From the IMG/VR virus record IMGVR_UViG_3300023192_003818, positions 1 through 28,377 of that record: a stretch of 28,377 bases of DNA. One strand, 5' to 3'. Shown piece after piece: positions 8,526-17,078 of the stretch. Made by a program: the position numbers and the translations under genes. Positions within the stretch are counted from its first letter, which is position 1; each line of letters opens with the position of its first letter. This stretch comes from a virus. The notes beneath the pieces were generated by a model. That model ran no database searches. It was not told where the DNA came from and was given only the letters and a program-made list of their open reading frames with translations.

Positions 8526-9159
8526 TTTTTTTAGGTTTTATTTTTTCATCATATAAATAAGTACCAATAAGTGTACCTAATGAAATTGCTTTATCACTTA
8601 ACTCACTAATTTGTTCTTCATTTAATTTTTTAGTTTTATGAACATAATCAATGCCAAAAGTTCCTATAAAATCTCCTTCTATAGTTTTAAGAGCAAAGAT
8701 ATAAGAAGATTTAGTTTTTAAACCTTCAGCAAATGTTTTTAACCCAAATGTTGGGGAATTTTTTGAAGTAAAAGATGGAATTATTATTTGATTATTTTTA
8801 TATAATTCCATTAAAGGTTTGTTAAATAATGAAACTGGTATTGATGTAAAGGTACTCATTTTACTTTCAACTCCCAATTTTATATGTTCAAACATTACTG
8901 AAAATTTAGTAATTGCTTTCCCGGTTGGGAAAAAATGACCACCATTGTGAAATTGTGATAACCAAACTCTGTCTGATTTAAAGTCCTCTTGTATTTTTTC
9001 TAGCATTTCATCCACAACCATGTTGGATTTAATTATGCAATATATAGGGTCTTCTTTTGGTTTTTTAGATTCCAAGTAAGATTTATACCTAATATTAATC
9101 ATAGGTCCTATTATTGCAGTAATAAGAACCAATATTATAGCTATGTCCAATTCTAACAC
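8515..9159 (-). CDS. Membrane-anchored GAF-like domain protein (possible holin)
   Basis: Single N-terminal hydrophobic helix (IAIILVLITAIIGPMI), then DRVWLSQFHNG...SYIFAL...FIGTFGIDY, a GAF-like pattern. GTG start overlaps the upstream TAG. Confidence 0.6.
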   Translation of the reverse strand: MLELDIAIILVLITAIIGPMINIRYKSYLESKKPKEDPIYCIIKSNMVVDEMLEKIQEDFKSDRVWLSQFHNGGHFFPTGKAITKFSVMFEHIKLGVESKMSTFTSIPVSLFNKPLMELYKNNQIIIPSFTSKNSPTFGLKTFAEGLKTKSSYIFALKTIEGDFIGTFGIDYVHKTKKLNEEQISELSDKAISLGTLIGTYLYDEKIKPKKNAR

Positions 9160-9731
9160 TATTTTTTAAGTTTTAACAAATATTTTATTACTTCTTGTTT
9201 ATAAATATTGACCCTTTCTTCGTCTAATTGCCCTACCCATTTTTCCATTTGGCCTCCTTCAGATATAAATGACTCATTATCTTCTCCTTTTTTCTCTTCA
9301 ATCCATAATTTAAATTCTTTTATTTTATTATTAATTTCATCATTGTGAATCTTAATTTCATATTCTTTCCACTTTCCTTCTTTTTTAATTTCTATTTCCA
9401 TATCAATAACACAATTGTAACACTTTTTATGAATTCTATAAAAATCTTTATCATTTCTATTTTTCATAATTTTGGTACATTTAGGACAAAATAGTGGAAG
9501 TTTATATAATTTTTTAGCATTATCTAATTTAGTAACATTTTGTTTTATTCCATCTTTAATCGTCCATTCCCTATCATCCTCTACCCAAATATCTCCTTCT
9601 TTATAAATTTCACGTTTTTTAGAATACCCTATAACTGTTTTAGTTTTATCTCCATATTTACCTTGTATGAGATTTCTTAAACGTTGTACATCGTTTCTAT
9701 TAAACTGTTTCTTTAAAACTGATTCTTTCAT
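9159..9731 (-). CDS. Hypothetical phage protein with zinc finger
   Basis: CPKC...CYNC pair in a 190-aa ORF. Confidence 0.75.
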   Translation of the reverse strand: MKESVLKKQFNRNDVQRLRNLIQGKYGDKTKTVIGYSKKREIYKEGDIWVEDDREWTIKDGIKQNVTKLDNAKKLYKLPLFCPKCTKIMKNRNDKDFYRIHKKCYNCVIDMEIEIKKEGKWKEYEIKIHNDEINNKIKEFKLWIEEKKGEDNESFISEGGQMEKWVGQLDEERVNIYKQEVIKYLLKLKK

Positions 9732-12678
9732 TAACTATATTTTTTAGGTCTGATATGGTTTGTTGTGTATTTTTGTAAAAAATTCCTGTTCCTCCTGCTT
9801 TATTCCAAGTATCTATTGTTCTTTGTTTATCATCAACAAGGATATCATATTTGGTTAATTTGGGTTTTATTGTATGTTTTTCTTTTGAGAATTTGAAATT
9901 AATTTTAGGTATGGAAGGGAAGACGTCTCCTACATGATTTTTAACCCATAATCTTTTACCTAATTTTGATTGGTCTTTTAATGATGGAGAAGTTAAAATT
10001 TCATAGTCATAATCTTTTGCAAAATCAACTAATTCTTTTGCTCCATCCATTACAGGAATTCCTACCCAAAATTTTACTTTATTTTTTTCATCTATAAAAT
10101 CCCAAAATTCATTTCTTCCATATTTATCTTCAAAGTCTCCAGGTGACATCCCTGATAGGTCTCTAAAACGTTGATCAAAATCTGCTAAAACTCCATCTTG
10201 GTCTAAATAAATTTTATATTCTTGTTCTTTTGCAAGTTCTTTTATAAATTCTACTAAACCAAAAGGGTCATTTTCATTTATTTGTTCTATATTTTTAACT
10301 AGTACTATTTCATCCCCCTCTAGGTCCATTATCCAACCCTTAGGTAAATTCTTTTTTATATAAGCTTTATATAAGTTAAATCTTCTAGTATCATCCTTAA
10401 AATTTTTGGTTGGATCAATCAATATAAATTCCACATCTTTATTTTCAGATATAAATTCTTCTATAATACTTGTTATAGTAGACATTACTCTAAATATTTC
10501 TCCTTTATTTATAGTTCTTATAAAAGTATCATCTTTATCAAAATCCTCTAAAGTAAAAAACTCAATACTAGCTCTCTCATCCGCTATATGAATTTTTACT
10601 TCATATTGTGTATCTTTATCAGTTACAAATTTATAAGATTTAACAAAATATGAATCTTCGTCTTGGAAATAAGCATATGACTTAGCAGAACCATCTCCTA
10701 TTTCATTAATTTCTTTTAATGGGGAATTAAAAATTTGATCTTCTTTATAACCTAATAATTGGCCTATTCTATATATGTCTTTTTGTAAATTTTCTACATT
10801 TTCAGCATTATAATGACTAACATCTTCTAAATTACAAGGCTCGCATGCTGGGAGATAACCTCCATATTTTTCTACTAATGCTAATAATTCTTTTGCTTGT
10901 TCTATAAAACCCTCCCTATAAATTATAATTCCATTATTAGGACTTGAAGGAGCTTTTAAGGTTTTTATATCACTATATTTAGGTAAATCTTTAATAAAAT
11001 CAGGTTCAATATACCATGCCGCCCACATCACATTTCTTTTTTTATCTAATAAAGTTTGAAATGCATCATCATCCTCATATGCTTCTGAAGGATCAATTTC
11101 TTCGTTCAATTTATTACCTGTTTGTTTATCAGTCCAACTTCTAAACATAATATTTCCTTTCTCATATGCTTCACTTTCAAGTTTAGTAAGATATGCGTCT
11201 GTATTTATATCAGTAGTGTGAGATGCTTGATTTAAACGGTCTTCTACGTTTTGATACACATGAATAAGCTCATGACAGTAACTACGTAATATATCTTTGG
11301 GATGGCGGTTAAAAGTGTATAAGACAATAATATTAGTATTGGGGTCATAATGAGCAGTTTTACCTAATATACCTTTACTATTTTTTACATCATCTTCAAT
11401 AAATTGAACTTTTGGGTAAGGCTTTAAATTTATACCTTTTTCTTCCATGTGTTTAACAATAGAGGTAAGGTAAGGTTTTAATTCATTCTCTATGTTTGGG
11501 ATTTGTTCTTGTAGAGATTCTTTATTATCAATCTTATCTACAGATAAAATATAATCTTTAATATTTTCTATATACCCTTTAGGTGTAATAATAACTTCTT
11601 CATCTTCATCTTGAGTTTGGGGATTATTTGGAATATTATAGTCTCTCCTCCAATAATCATTAGGTAATATTTTGTAATTATTAGATAATTTATCCCCATC
11701 TAGTACTATTTGAACTTCATTATCATCGTATTTAAAATTTTTGTTTCTTGTAGTTGAAACCCCTGTTGTTTCTTCTCCATGAATGTTAATATAAGAACCT
11801 TTTAATTTATTTTGACTTAAAATATTCTTTAAATTTGGAAGAGAGGTATAATGATAAATTATTCCTACTTGTTTACCTTCTTCCAAACCTACCTTTCCCA
11901 ACTTTGAATAATATTGAGGGTCTTCATAAATATTATCCATTGCTATTTCAAAAGCAATATCTATGTTATCAGTATGTTCTAATTCTTCTTGTGAACCTAT
12001 TGTAATTTGATTTATTATATCTCTTAAATCAACCTTATGCATGTCTGCTAAATCTTCAAGAGTTGAACTTTTGGCAATTCCTCCTGAAATAATATTCTCA
12101 TGAAGGGTTGAAGATAAAATTCCGTAAACTTCTTGTTGTTCTTCATCATTTAATTCATTAGGTAAAAATGGTATTAATTTTTCTAAGGATACTTCAGCGG
12201 CATTACGAGCAGCAGTTCCACTTACTCCTTCTTGAGTAACAATTGTTCTTAAATCTATGTTAGGATATTTATTTATTGAAGTTGTTCTTGAGGAAATATC
12301 TTTAAAATCTTCCTCATTTCCTTCCCTGGCTCCTATTACCCATAATATTTTTTTATCAGGGTTGTTTTTAGAATAACGATAAATATCTCGAATTGGTTCT
12401 ACACTTGAAGGAACAAATTTAACTTTATTAGGTAAATATTTGTTATAAATTTCCCATATTAAAAGTGATTGGTCTTGAGTAACTCCTTCTCTTTCTTTTT
12501 TACCAATAAAAACTATAAATTCATCTATTTCAGGGTTTTCTTTTAAAGCTTGTTTAATTACTTCAAAATGTCCTCTTGTTGCAGGTTTAAATCCCCCACC
12601 ATATACAGCAATTATTTTTGTAGGTTCTTGATCTTCAGGTATAAGATCTTTTATCATATGTTTAACTAAAAAATTCAT
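9700..12678 (-). CDS. Polyvalent multidomain protein: HIGH nucleotidyltransferase + DUF5661-like + ART-like + HExxH metallopeptidase + 2 unknown domains + HAD 5'(3')-nucleotidase
   Basis: YGGGFKPATRGH/VSGTAAR; ELEHTD...IAMDN..EDPQYYSKL; YHYTS...VSTTR...EDEE; HELIH...ESEA; IYLDQDGVLADF...LTSP...LVDD. Confidence 0.8.
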   Translation of the reverse strand: MNFLVKHMIKDLIPEDQEPTKIIAVYGGGFKPATRGHFEVIKQALKENPEIDEFIVFIGKKEREGVTQDQSLLIWEIYNKYLPNKVKFVPSSVEPIRDIYRYSKNNPDKKILWVIGAREGNEEDFKDISSRTTSINKYPNIDLRTIVTQEGVSGTAARNAAEVSLEKLIPFLPNELNDEEQQEVYGILSSTLHENIISGGIAKSSTLEDLADMHKVDLRDIINQITIGSQEELEHTDNIDIAFEIAMDNIYEDPQYYSKLGKVGLEEGKQVGIIYHYTSLPNLKNILSQNKLKGSYINIHGEETTGVSTTRNKNFKYDDNEVQIVLDGDKLSNNYKILPNDYWRRDYNIPNNPQTQDEDEEVIITPKGYIENIKDYILSVDKIDNKESLQEQIPNIENELKPYLTSIVKHMEEKGINLKPYPKVQFIEDDVKNSKGILGKTAHYDPNTNIIVLYTFNRHPKDILRSYCHELIHVYQNVEDRLNQASHTTDINTDAYLTKLESEAYEKGNIMFRSWTDKQTGNKLNEEIDPSEAYEDDDAFQTLLDKKRNVMWAAWYIEPDFIKDLPKYSDIKTLKAPSSPNNGIIIYREGFIEQAKELLALVEKYGGYLPACEPCNLEDVSHYNAENVENLQKDIYRIGQLLGYKEDQIFNSPLKEINEIGDGSAKSYAYFQDEDSYFVKSYKFVTDKDTQYEVKIHIADERASIEFFTLEDFDKDDTFIRTINKGEIFRVMSTITSIIEEFISENKDVEFILIDPTKNFKDDTRRFNLYKAYIKKNLPKGWIMDLEGDEIVLVKNIEQINENDPFGLVEFIKELAKEQEYKIYLDQDGVLADFDQRFRDLSGMSPGDFEDKYGRNEFWDFIDEKNKVKFWVGIPVMDGAKELVDFAKDYDYEILTSPSLKDQSKLGKRLWVKNHVGDVFPSIPKINFKFSKEKHTIKPKLTKYDILVDDKQRTIDTWNKAGGTGIFYKNTQQTISDLKNIVNERISFKETV

Positions 12679-12684
12679 TTTATT

Positions 12685-13098
12685 TTAAGAACATTGACAA
12701 GTTCCGTAAGGATTTTCATCACTTATATTTCTTGGTTCATCACAACTTTTACACCATGAAGAATCATATTCTTCATCTTCTTGTTCATTTACAGGTTGTT
12801 CAGACATTCCATAATTTTTCAAAAAATTAAAAAAAGATGAGTATTTATCTAAATATTCAGATATAAATCTTAATTCTTTATACTTATCATCAGAAAGAGT
12901 ATTTAATAAAATTAAAGGATTCATTTCGTCTTTCAAATCTACATACCCTTCCATTATTTCTTCTAAATTTTCTAAATTATGAAGTATCCCTAAAGCTTTA
13001 TCCCAAACTGTTTCTAGTTGATTTTTTAAATCCTGTGAGTTATCTAAATCTCTATCTTCTTTTAAATATTCTTGAAATGCTTTTTTATAATCTTCCAT
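12685..13098 (-). CDS. Acidic hypothetical protein with C-terminal Cys cluster
   Basis: 137 aa; YLKE and VNE motifs; CKSC...CQC tail. Confidence 0.7.
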   Translation of the reverse strand: MEDYKKAFQEYLKEDRDLDNSQDLKNQLETVWDKALGILHNLENLEEIMEGYVDLKDEMNPLILLNTLSDDKYKELRFISEYLDKYSSFFNFLKNYGMSEQPVNEQEDEEYDSSWCKSCDEPRNISDENPYGTCQCS

Positions 13099-13101
13099 TT
13101 T

Positions 13102-13902
13102 TTAATTTAAAAATTGTTTTATTTTATTTTGTGCTTCTTCTTTCGAAACTGAATTATCTACTATATTTTGTACTACTTTATTATTTAATAAAGATTTAAC
13201 TGATAGAGTTAATTGTTCTTTTGATTTATTTGACCTTGCCTGTGCTTTATCATCTTTTGGTATTGTGTTTTTAGCTTTGAAAGGGTCTAAATATTGTTTT
13301 GTTAAAGATTCTAAATCTCTTAATTCCTCATCTTCTAAAGTATTAGCAACACTTATAAAATTATTCCCAAATAATTCTCTATAAGGATTATAATTTTGTG
13401 TTACACTATTCCAAGTACGTAATACTAAAGAAGGAGCAATGCTTCTATCTTCACCACCACTTTTTTCAAATCTATCCTGATTTTGAATTAAAGAACGTTC
13501 TAAACTGGTATAAACATATAACATAAATACCTCATATTCTGCTTCTTCTAACTTATTTTTTAATAATGATGTTTGCTTAAATGAAGCAGCAGTACCATCT
13601 AATACAAATGATTCTTTGTTTAAAATAGAGTTTGGTATTTGTTGTTTTTTTAATTGTTGAGTAGCCTGTACCATCGCTTGGGCAGATTTACTTCTATCAT
13701 CAGCACTTGCTCTTTTTAAATCTAAAGAAACATTAGCTTGTTTTAACAATTTGATATAATTATCATCAAGATTAAAGACTTTTAATCCACCTAAATCCAA
13801 ACCTTTTAAAACAAATCCTTTACCTGAGCCTGGAGCTCCTGCAAGGATTATTGCTTTAGGGGATTGTAATACTTCTTTAAGAATTTCTATTAAACTTATC
13901 AC
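13102..13902 (-). CDS. Zeta-toxin-like / AAA_33 P-loop kinase
   Basis: Walker A GAPGSGKG, FNLDD, FVLDGT, MLYVYTSLERS...R pattern; N-terminal MISLIEILKE leader. Confidence 0.75.
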   Translation of the reverse strand: MISLIEILKEVLQSPKAIILAGAPGSGKGFVLKGLDLGGLKVFNLDDNYIKLLKQANVSLDLKRASADDRSKSAQAMVQATQQLKKQQIPNSILNKESFVLDGTAASFKQTSLLKNKLEEAEYEVFMLYVYTSLERSLIQNQDRFEKSGGEDRSIAPSLVLRTWNSVTQNYNPYRELFGNNFISVANTLEDEELRDLESLTKQYLDPFKAKNTIPKDDKAQARSNKSKEQLTLSVKSLLNNKVVQNIVDNSVSKEEAQNKIKQFLN

Positions 13903-13915
13903 TTCATAGATTTAT

Positions 13916-13923
13916 CATAAATA
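13916..13923 (-). promoter_or_regulatory. TATTTATG variant of the late-type motif
   Basis: AATATTTATGAT, 13 nt before GTG 13902. Confidence 0.4.
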
Positions 13924-13934
13924 TTGATTGGTAA

Positions 13935-14297
13935 TTATTTAATTAATTTTAGTGCTTCTTGTAATCCTTTTTCTAATGCTTCTTCGTAAGTATTAAATTC
14001 AAACCCTGCTTTTAAATTAATTTTTAATTTTTTGATATTACTTACTTTATATTTATAAAACATAAAATCTTCTGCTCTTAAAGATATAACTTCAATATTA
14101 TGTTTTTCTCTTAACCACTTTTGAAGTAATGATTGTGTTGGACAAGATATAAAATCACTACCATTCCAATCCATAGGTAAATTATATTTGCCTGATTTTA
14201 TAACATTATATTCTGTAATTCCATTTACAGTTAATAAATCAAATCCTTTCTTTTTAGCTAATTTAGCTGTATTAAAGGATATTAATTGATCTTTCAT
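13935..14297 (-). CDS. Hypothetical phage protein
   Basis: MKDQLISFNTAKLAKKKGF...PTQSLLQKWLREKHNI...TYEEALEKGL. Start set at ATG 14297 because ATG 14321 lies inside the promoter motif. Confidence 0.75.
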   Translation of the reverse strand: MKDQLISFNTAKLAKKKGFDLLTVNGITEYNVIKSGKYNLPMDWNGSDFISCPTQSLLQKWLREKHNIEVISLRAEDFMFYKYKVSNIKKLKINLKAGFEFNTYEEALEKGLQEALKLIK

Positions 14298-14320
14298 AAC
14301 TTTTATTAATTTATATACCA

Positions 14321-14352
14321 TAAATATACGAAGGCTTCCTGTGGAAGCCTAG
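14321..14352 (-). promoter_or_regulatory. Promoter-like element with embedded hairpin (CTAG-N20-TATATTTA)
   Basis: Perfect 8-bp stem AGGCTTCC-N3-GGAAGCCT (14332-14350) running into TTCGTATATT, the same 10-mer seen at 1949-1958. Confidence 0.5.
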
Positions 14353-14518
14353 TTTTTTAGTGGATATTGTTAATTAATTTCTATCTGAATTTGGGAGTTT
14401 TAATTTTTCTATTTCTAACCATATCTTTTCATCTAATATAGTTCCATACATCTTTGCAATATTGTTTTGTTCTTTTCCACATAATATTATTATTTATTGT
14501 TAAATTTATTTTTATCTA

Positions 14519-14938
14519 TTAATATTTAGAAGCAATATTGATCTCATCAATAGCACTTTGCACTTCACTTAAACTAGTTGGTAATAATAAATCCAACCCA
14601 GCTTTAAATATTTTTTCTTTTATACCCTCTTTAAATATTATAATAGTGGGTGGCATTCTTACTTCATATTTTTTCTTAGCTATTGGAGCTTGCGCGAGAT
14701 CAACTCTATAATAAATTGCGTTTTCAATTTTATCCCAATCGGCAAAACAGTTTTTAGCGTTAAAGGAAGCCCAAAACTCCACAACAATAGGTAATTTATT
14801 ATCATCTCCAAATATATTAGACCCTTTAATTTTTTCTTCGAAGTTTGAATCTTCAATCCAAAATCTTTCGGGGACTGTAACTTGCGCATATACTATTAAA
14901 CTTAGAAGTGATATTAAAATAAATAATATTGTTTTCAT
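14519..14938 (-). CDS. Exported thioredoxin-fold protein lacking CxxC
   Basis: Signal peptide MKTILFILISLLSLIVYA-Q; VVEFWASFN in place of WAxWCxxC; KKYEVRMPPTIIIFKEG cis-Pro loop. Confidence 0.7.
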   Translation of the reverse strand: MKTILFILISLLSLIVYAQVTVPERFWIEDSNFEEKIKGSNIFGDDNKLPIVVEFWASFNAKNCFADWDKIENAIYYRVDLAQAPIAKKKYEVRMPPTIIIFKEGIKEKIFKAGLDLLLPTSLSEVQSAIDEINIASKY

Positions 14939-14944
14939 TTGATT

Positions 14945-15232
14945 TTATATTTGTTTTAGTGATATTTCATATAGTCTTTCGTCTAGTTTCTCTAACTTCT
15001 CTAAAATGCTTTCTATATCTTTTTGAGTTTCTATTATTGTTTGACGTATTAATTCATCTTTTAAATCATATTCAATTCTTTCTATAGAAGGTTTAGGTAA
15101 TTCTTTGGCTTCTTGTATGTCAGCTTGTAAAGTAAACCACATACCCACCATTACTATTAAACCACCAATTACTAACCCTATGGTTTTAAGATTAATCGTT
15201 ATTTTTGTATTTTCCCCAATTTCTTTTGCCAT
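14945..15232 (-). CDS. Small single-TM coiled-coil membrane protein
   Basis: TM segment IGLVIGGLIVMVGMWFTL followed by a heptad-rich C-terminus. Confidence 0.7.
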   Translation of the reverse strand: MAKEIGENTKITINLKTIGLVIGGLIVMVGMWFTLQADIQEAKELPKPSIERIEYDLKDELIRQTIIETQKDIESILEKLEKLDERLYEISLKQI

Positions 15233-15242
15233 ACCTTTTATT

Positions 15243-15250
15243 TATAAATA
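15243..15250 (-). promoter_or_regulatory. TATTTATA putative late-type promoter
   Basis: AATATTTATAAA, 10 nt before ATG 15232. Confidence 0.5.
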
Positions 15251-16027
15251 TTAAGATTTTCTCTGAATTATAATTGGAAAACTTTCAGTAAAGGGCTTAT
15301 GTTTAGGGTTTTCTAAATCAAATATTTTTCTTACTGCTTTGTATATTTCAAGATTATCTTCTTGACTACGAGAAGATTCATGAATTATCCATCTTTTACC
15401 TTGGATTTTTTTACCTGTATTATCATGGCCTCTTGATTTTGATTTTAACCACATTATTCCTATTCTATCTATTTTTTTACCAAAACATTCTTCATAACAT
15501 TTAGCATAAAGAGCAACTTGTAATTCATGGGTTGTTTGAATTTGATTAGAGGTCTTAAAATCAATTACCCATCTTTCCACATTACCGTTTAATTTAATTT
15601 CACATACCAAATCACAAGTGCCTGCTATTTTCAATTCATCTGAAAATAAATGAATTTCTGTTTCAATTAATGTAGGTTTATAAGTTTCCCAAAAATCAAC
15701 AAATTTTAAAAACATTTGCCAAACATGGGGTCCCATTTTAGGATTACCAAATCCATCTAAATATTCTAATTCAACTCCTTTAAGATAATATTCAATTAAG
15801 CTATGAACTTTAGTACCTTCTTCAGATGCTTTTTTTACAATCCAATCAGCACTATGTCCAACTTTTTTTAACCAATCTTCAAAATGTTTTCCTTTAGGGT
15901 AAGAAGATAAAACATAAGTAACTGAAGGGTAATATTCTCCATGTCTTCTATAATACCTTGAATCAGGTAAAGTTACCATTTTATGGTCTTCTGAAATTTT
16001 TAAAATACGGTTGTATGATTTTTTCAT
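15251..16027 (-). CDS. PD-(D/E)xK family exonuclease
   Basis: YPSVT, GTKVH, E...AGTCDL, IDFKTS, QVALYA motifs. Confidence 0.85.
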   Translation of the reverse strand: MKKSYNRILKISEDHKMVTLPDSRYYRRHGEYYPSVTYVLSSYPKGKHFEDWLKKVGHSADWIVKKASEEGTKVHSLIEYYLKGVELEYLDGFGNPKMGPHVWQMFLKFVDFWETYKPTLIETEIHLFSDELKIAGTCDLVCEIKLNGNVERWVIDFKTSNQIQTTHELQVALYAKCYEECFGKKIDRIGIMWLKSKSRGHDNTGKKIQGKRWIIHESSRSQEDNLEIYKAVRKIFDLENPKHKPFTESFPIIIQRKS

Positions 16028-16965
16028 ATATTAAGTTTTCTCTCTATTAGATTCCTATAAGTTAATGGGAAAGTTTGTTGTATTAGGTTAGTAAATTTTT
16101 CAAAACCTAAGTCACTGGGATCTTTGTCTTGCATCTCAACAAGATAAACTTCTTTACCTTCGTTCATTAATGTTTCACAGAACTGTAAAGCTTGTTTTAT
16201 TGCGTCCTTATCCAATGCAATATAAATTTTAGATACTTTTGAAGTAACTAATTTTTTCATTAAAGATTTTTGTATATTTTTCCCTAATAAAGGAATAACA
16301 TTTCGTTTTATAGCAAGAGCATCAAATAATCCTTCACATAAAATAATTGGTAAATTCCAATTAATTAAATGTTCGTTAGGTATAATATCTCTTGAATATG
16401 AAGGATTTTTATATTTAAAATATTCATCTTTTTCATAAGCACGGGAAATGAAATAATTTAATTTTCCTTCTTTATCATAAGTGGGTATAATAACTCTTTT
16501 AGAATATTTACCATATTCACAATACCCTATATTATATTTAATTATATCTTCTTTTGTTACCTTTCTTCTTTTCAAATAACTTAAAGCATGTCTACCTATT
16601 ATATCAGTGGTTTTAATATCTAAGAGGGATTTGAATTCTTTGGGTAACTGTAAGATAGTAGTATTTGTAGGAGGTATGTTAACAGGTGGAGATGAAGAAG
16701 TAGTTAAAGAATATAATTCTTTAATTTTTTGTTGGGATATTTTTGCTTTATAAAATAAATCTATTAATCTTTTACCTTTAAATCCTTTATCTTCTCCACT
16801 ACATATCCAACATTGGAATTGATGAGTTGTTAAATTTATTTCTAATTTATGTTTAGTAGGATGACATTTGTTAGGACAAAAAAAAGCATAATTATTCCTT
16901 GCAGTTTTATGACATTCTCCTAAAACTTCTTGCAAAAGATTTAAGACTAATAAATCATTCTCCAT
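16024..16965 (-). CDS. DNA primase (Zn-binding domain + Toprim)
   Basis: CPNKCH...CWIC zinc site; Toprim ILCEGLFDAL, IALDKDA, KDPSD. Confidence 0.85.
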   Translation of the reverse strand: MENDLLVLNLLQEVLGECHKTARNNYAFFCPNKCHPTKHKLEINLTTHQFQCWICSGEDKGFKGKRLIDLFYKAKISQQKIKELYSLTTSSSPPVNIPPTNTTILQLPKEFKSLLDIKTTDIIGRHALSYLKRRKVTKEDIIKYNIGYCEYGKYSKRVIIPTYDKEGKLNYFISRAYEKDEYFKYKNPSYSRDIIPNEHLINWNLPIILCEGLFDALAIKRNVIPLLGKNIQKSLMKKLVTSKVSKIYIALDKDAIKQALQFCETLMNEGKEVYLVEMQDKDPSDLGFEKFTNLIQQTFPLTYRNLIERKLNI

Positions 16966-17057
16966 ATTACCATATAAATTTATATAATGTTTTTTTGGTC
17001 GTTTCTACAACACTCACTTATATTAATACTAAGTGGGGTTTTGAATTTATATAAAAA
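16964..17057 (-). pseudogene. Decayed NUMOD1/IENR1-type homing endonuclease DNA-binding tail
   Basis: Reads FLYKFKTPLSINISECCRNDQK, then after a 1-nt shift in an A7 run TLYKFIW*Y. Resembles the NUMOD1 pattern Is.CC...kta.gf.W.Y. Confidence 0.45.
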
Positions 17058-17078
17058 TTAAGTGATTAATCATATACA

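Noticed and set aside
10406-10591. Plus-strand 61-aa ORF
   Set aside because: Antisense to the polyvalent protein; no motif or start context.
14680-14889. Alternate-frame 69-aa minus-strand ORF
   Set aside because: Fully nested in the thioredoxin-like gene; no independent support.
15251-16027. CRISPR-associated Cas4 or a CRISPR locus
   Set aside because: No repeat-spacer array or other cas genes seen, and no clear Cas4 four-Cys cluster; the context is replication.
16977-17054. 11-nt direct repeat AATTTATATAA as target-site duplication or iteron
   Set aside because: Pure A/T, two copies only; expected by chance in this composition.
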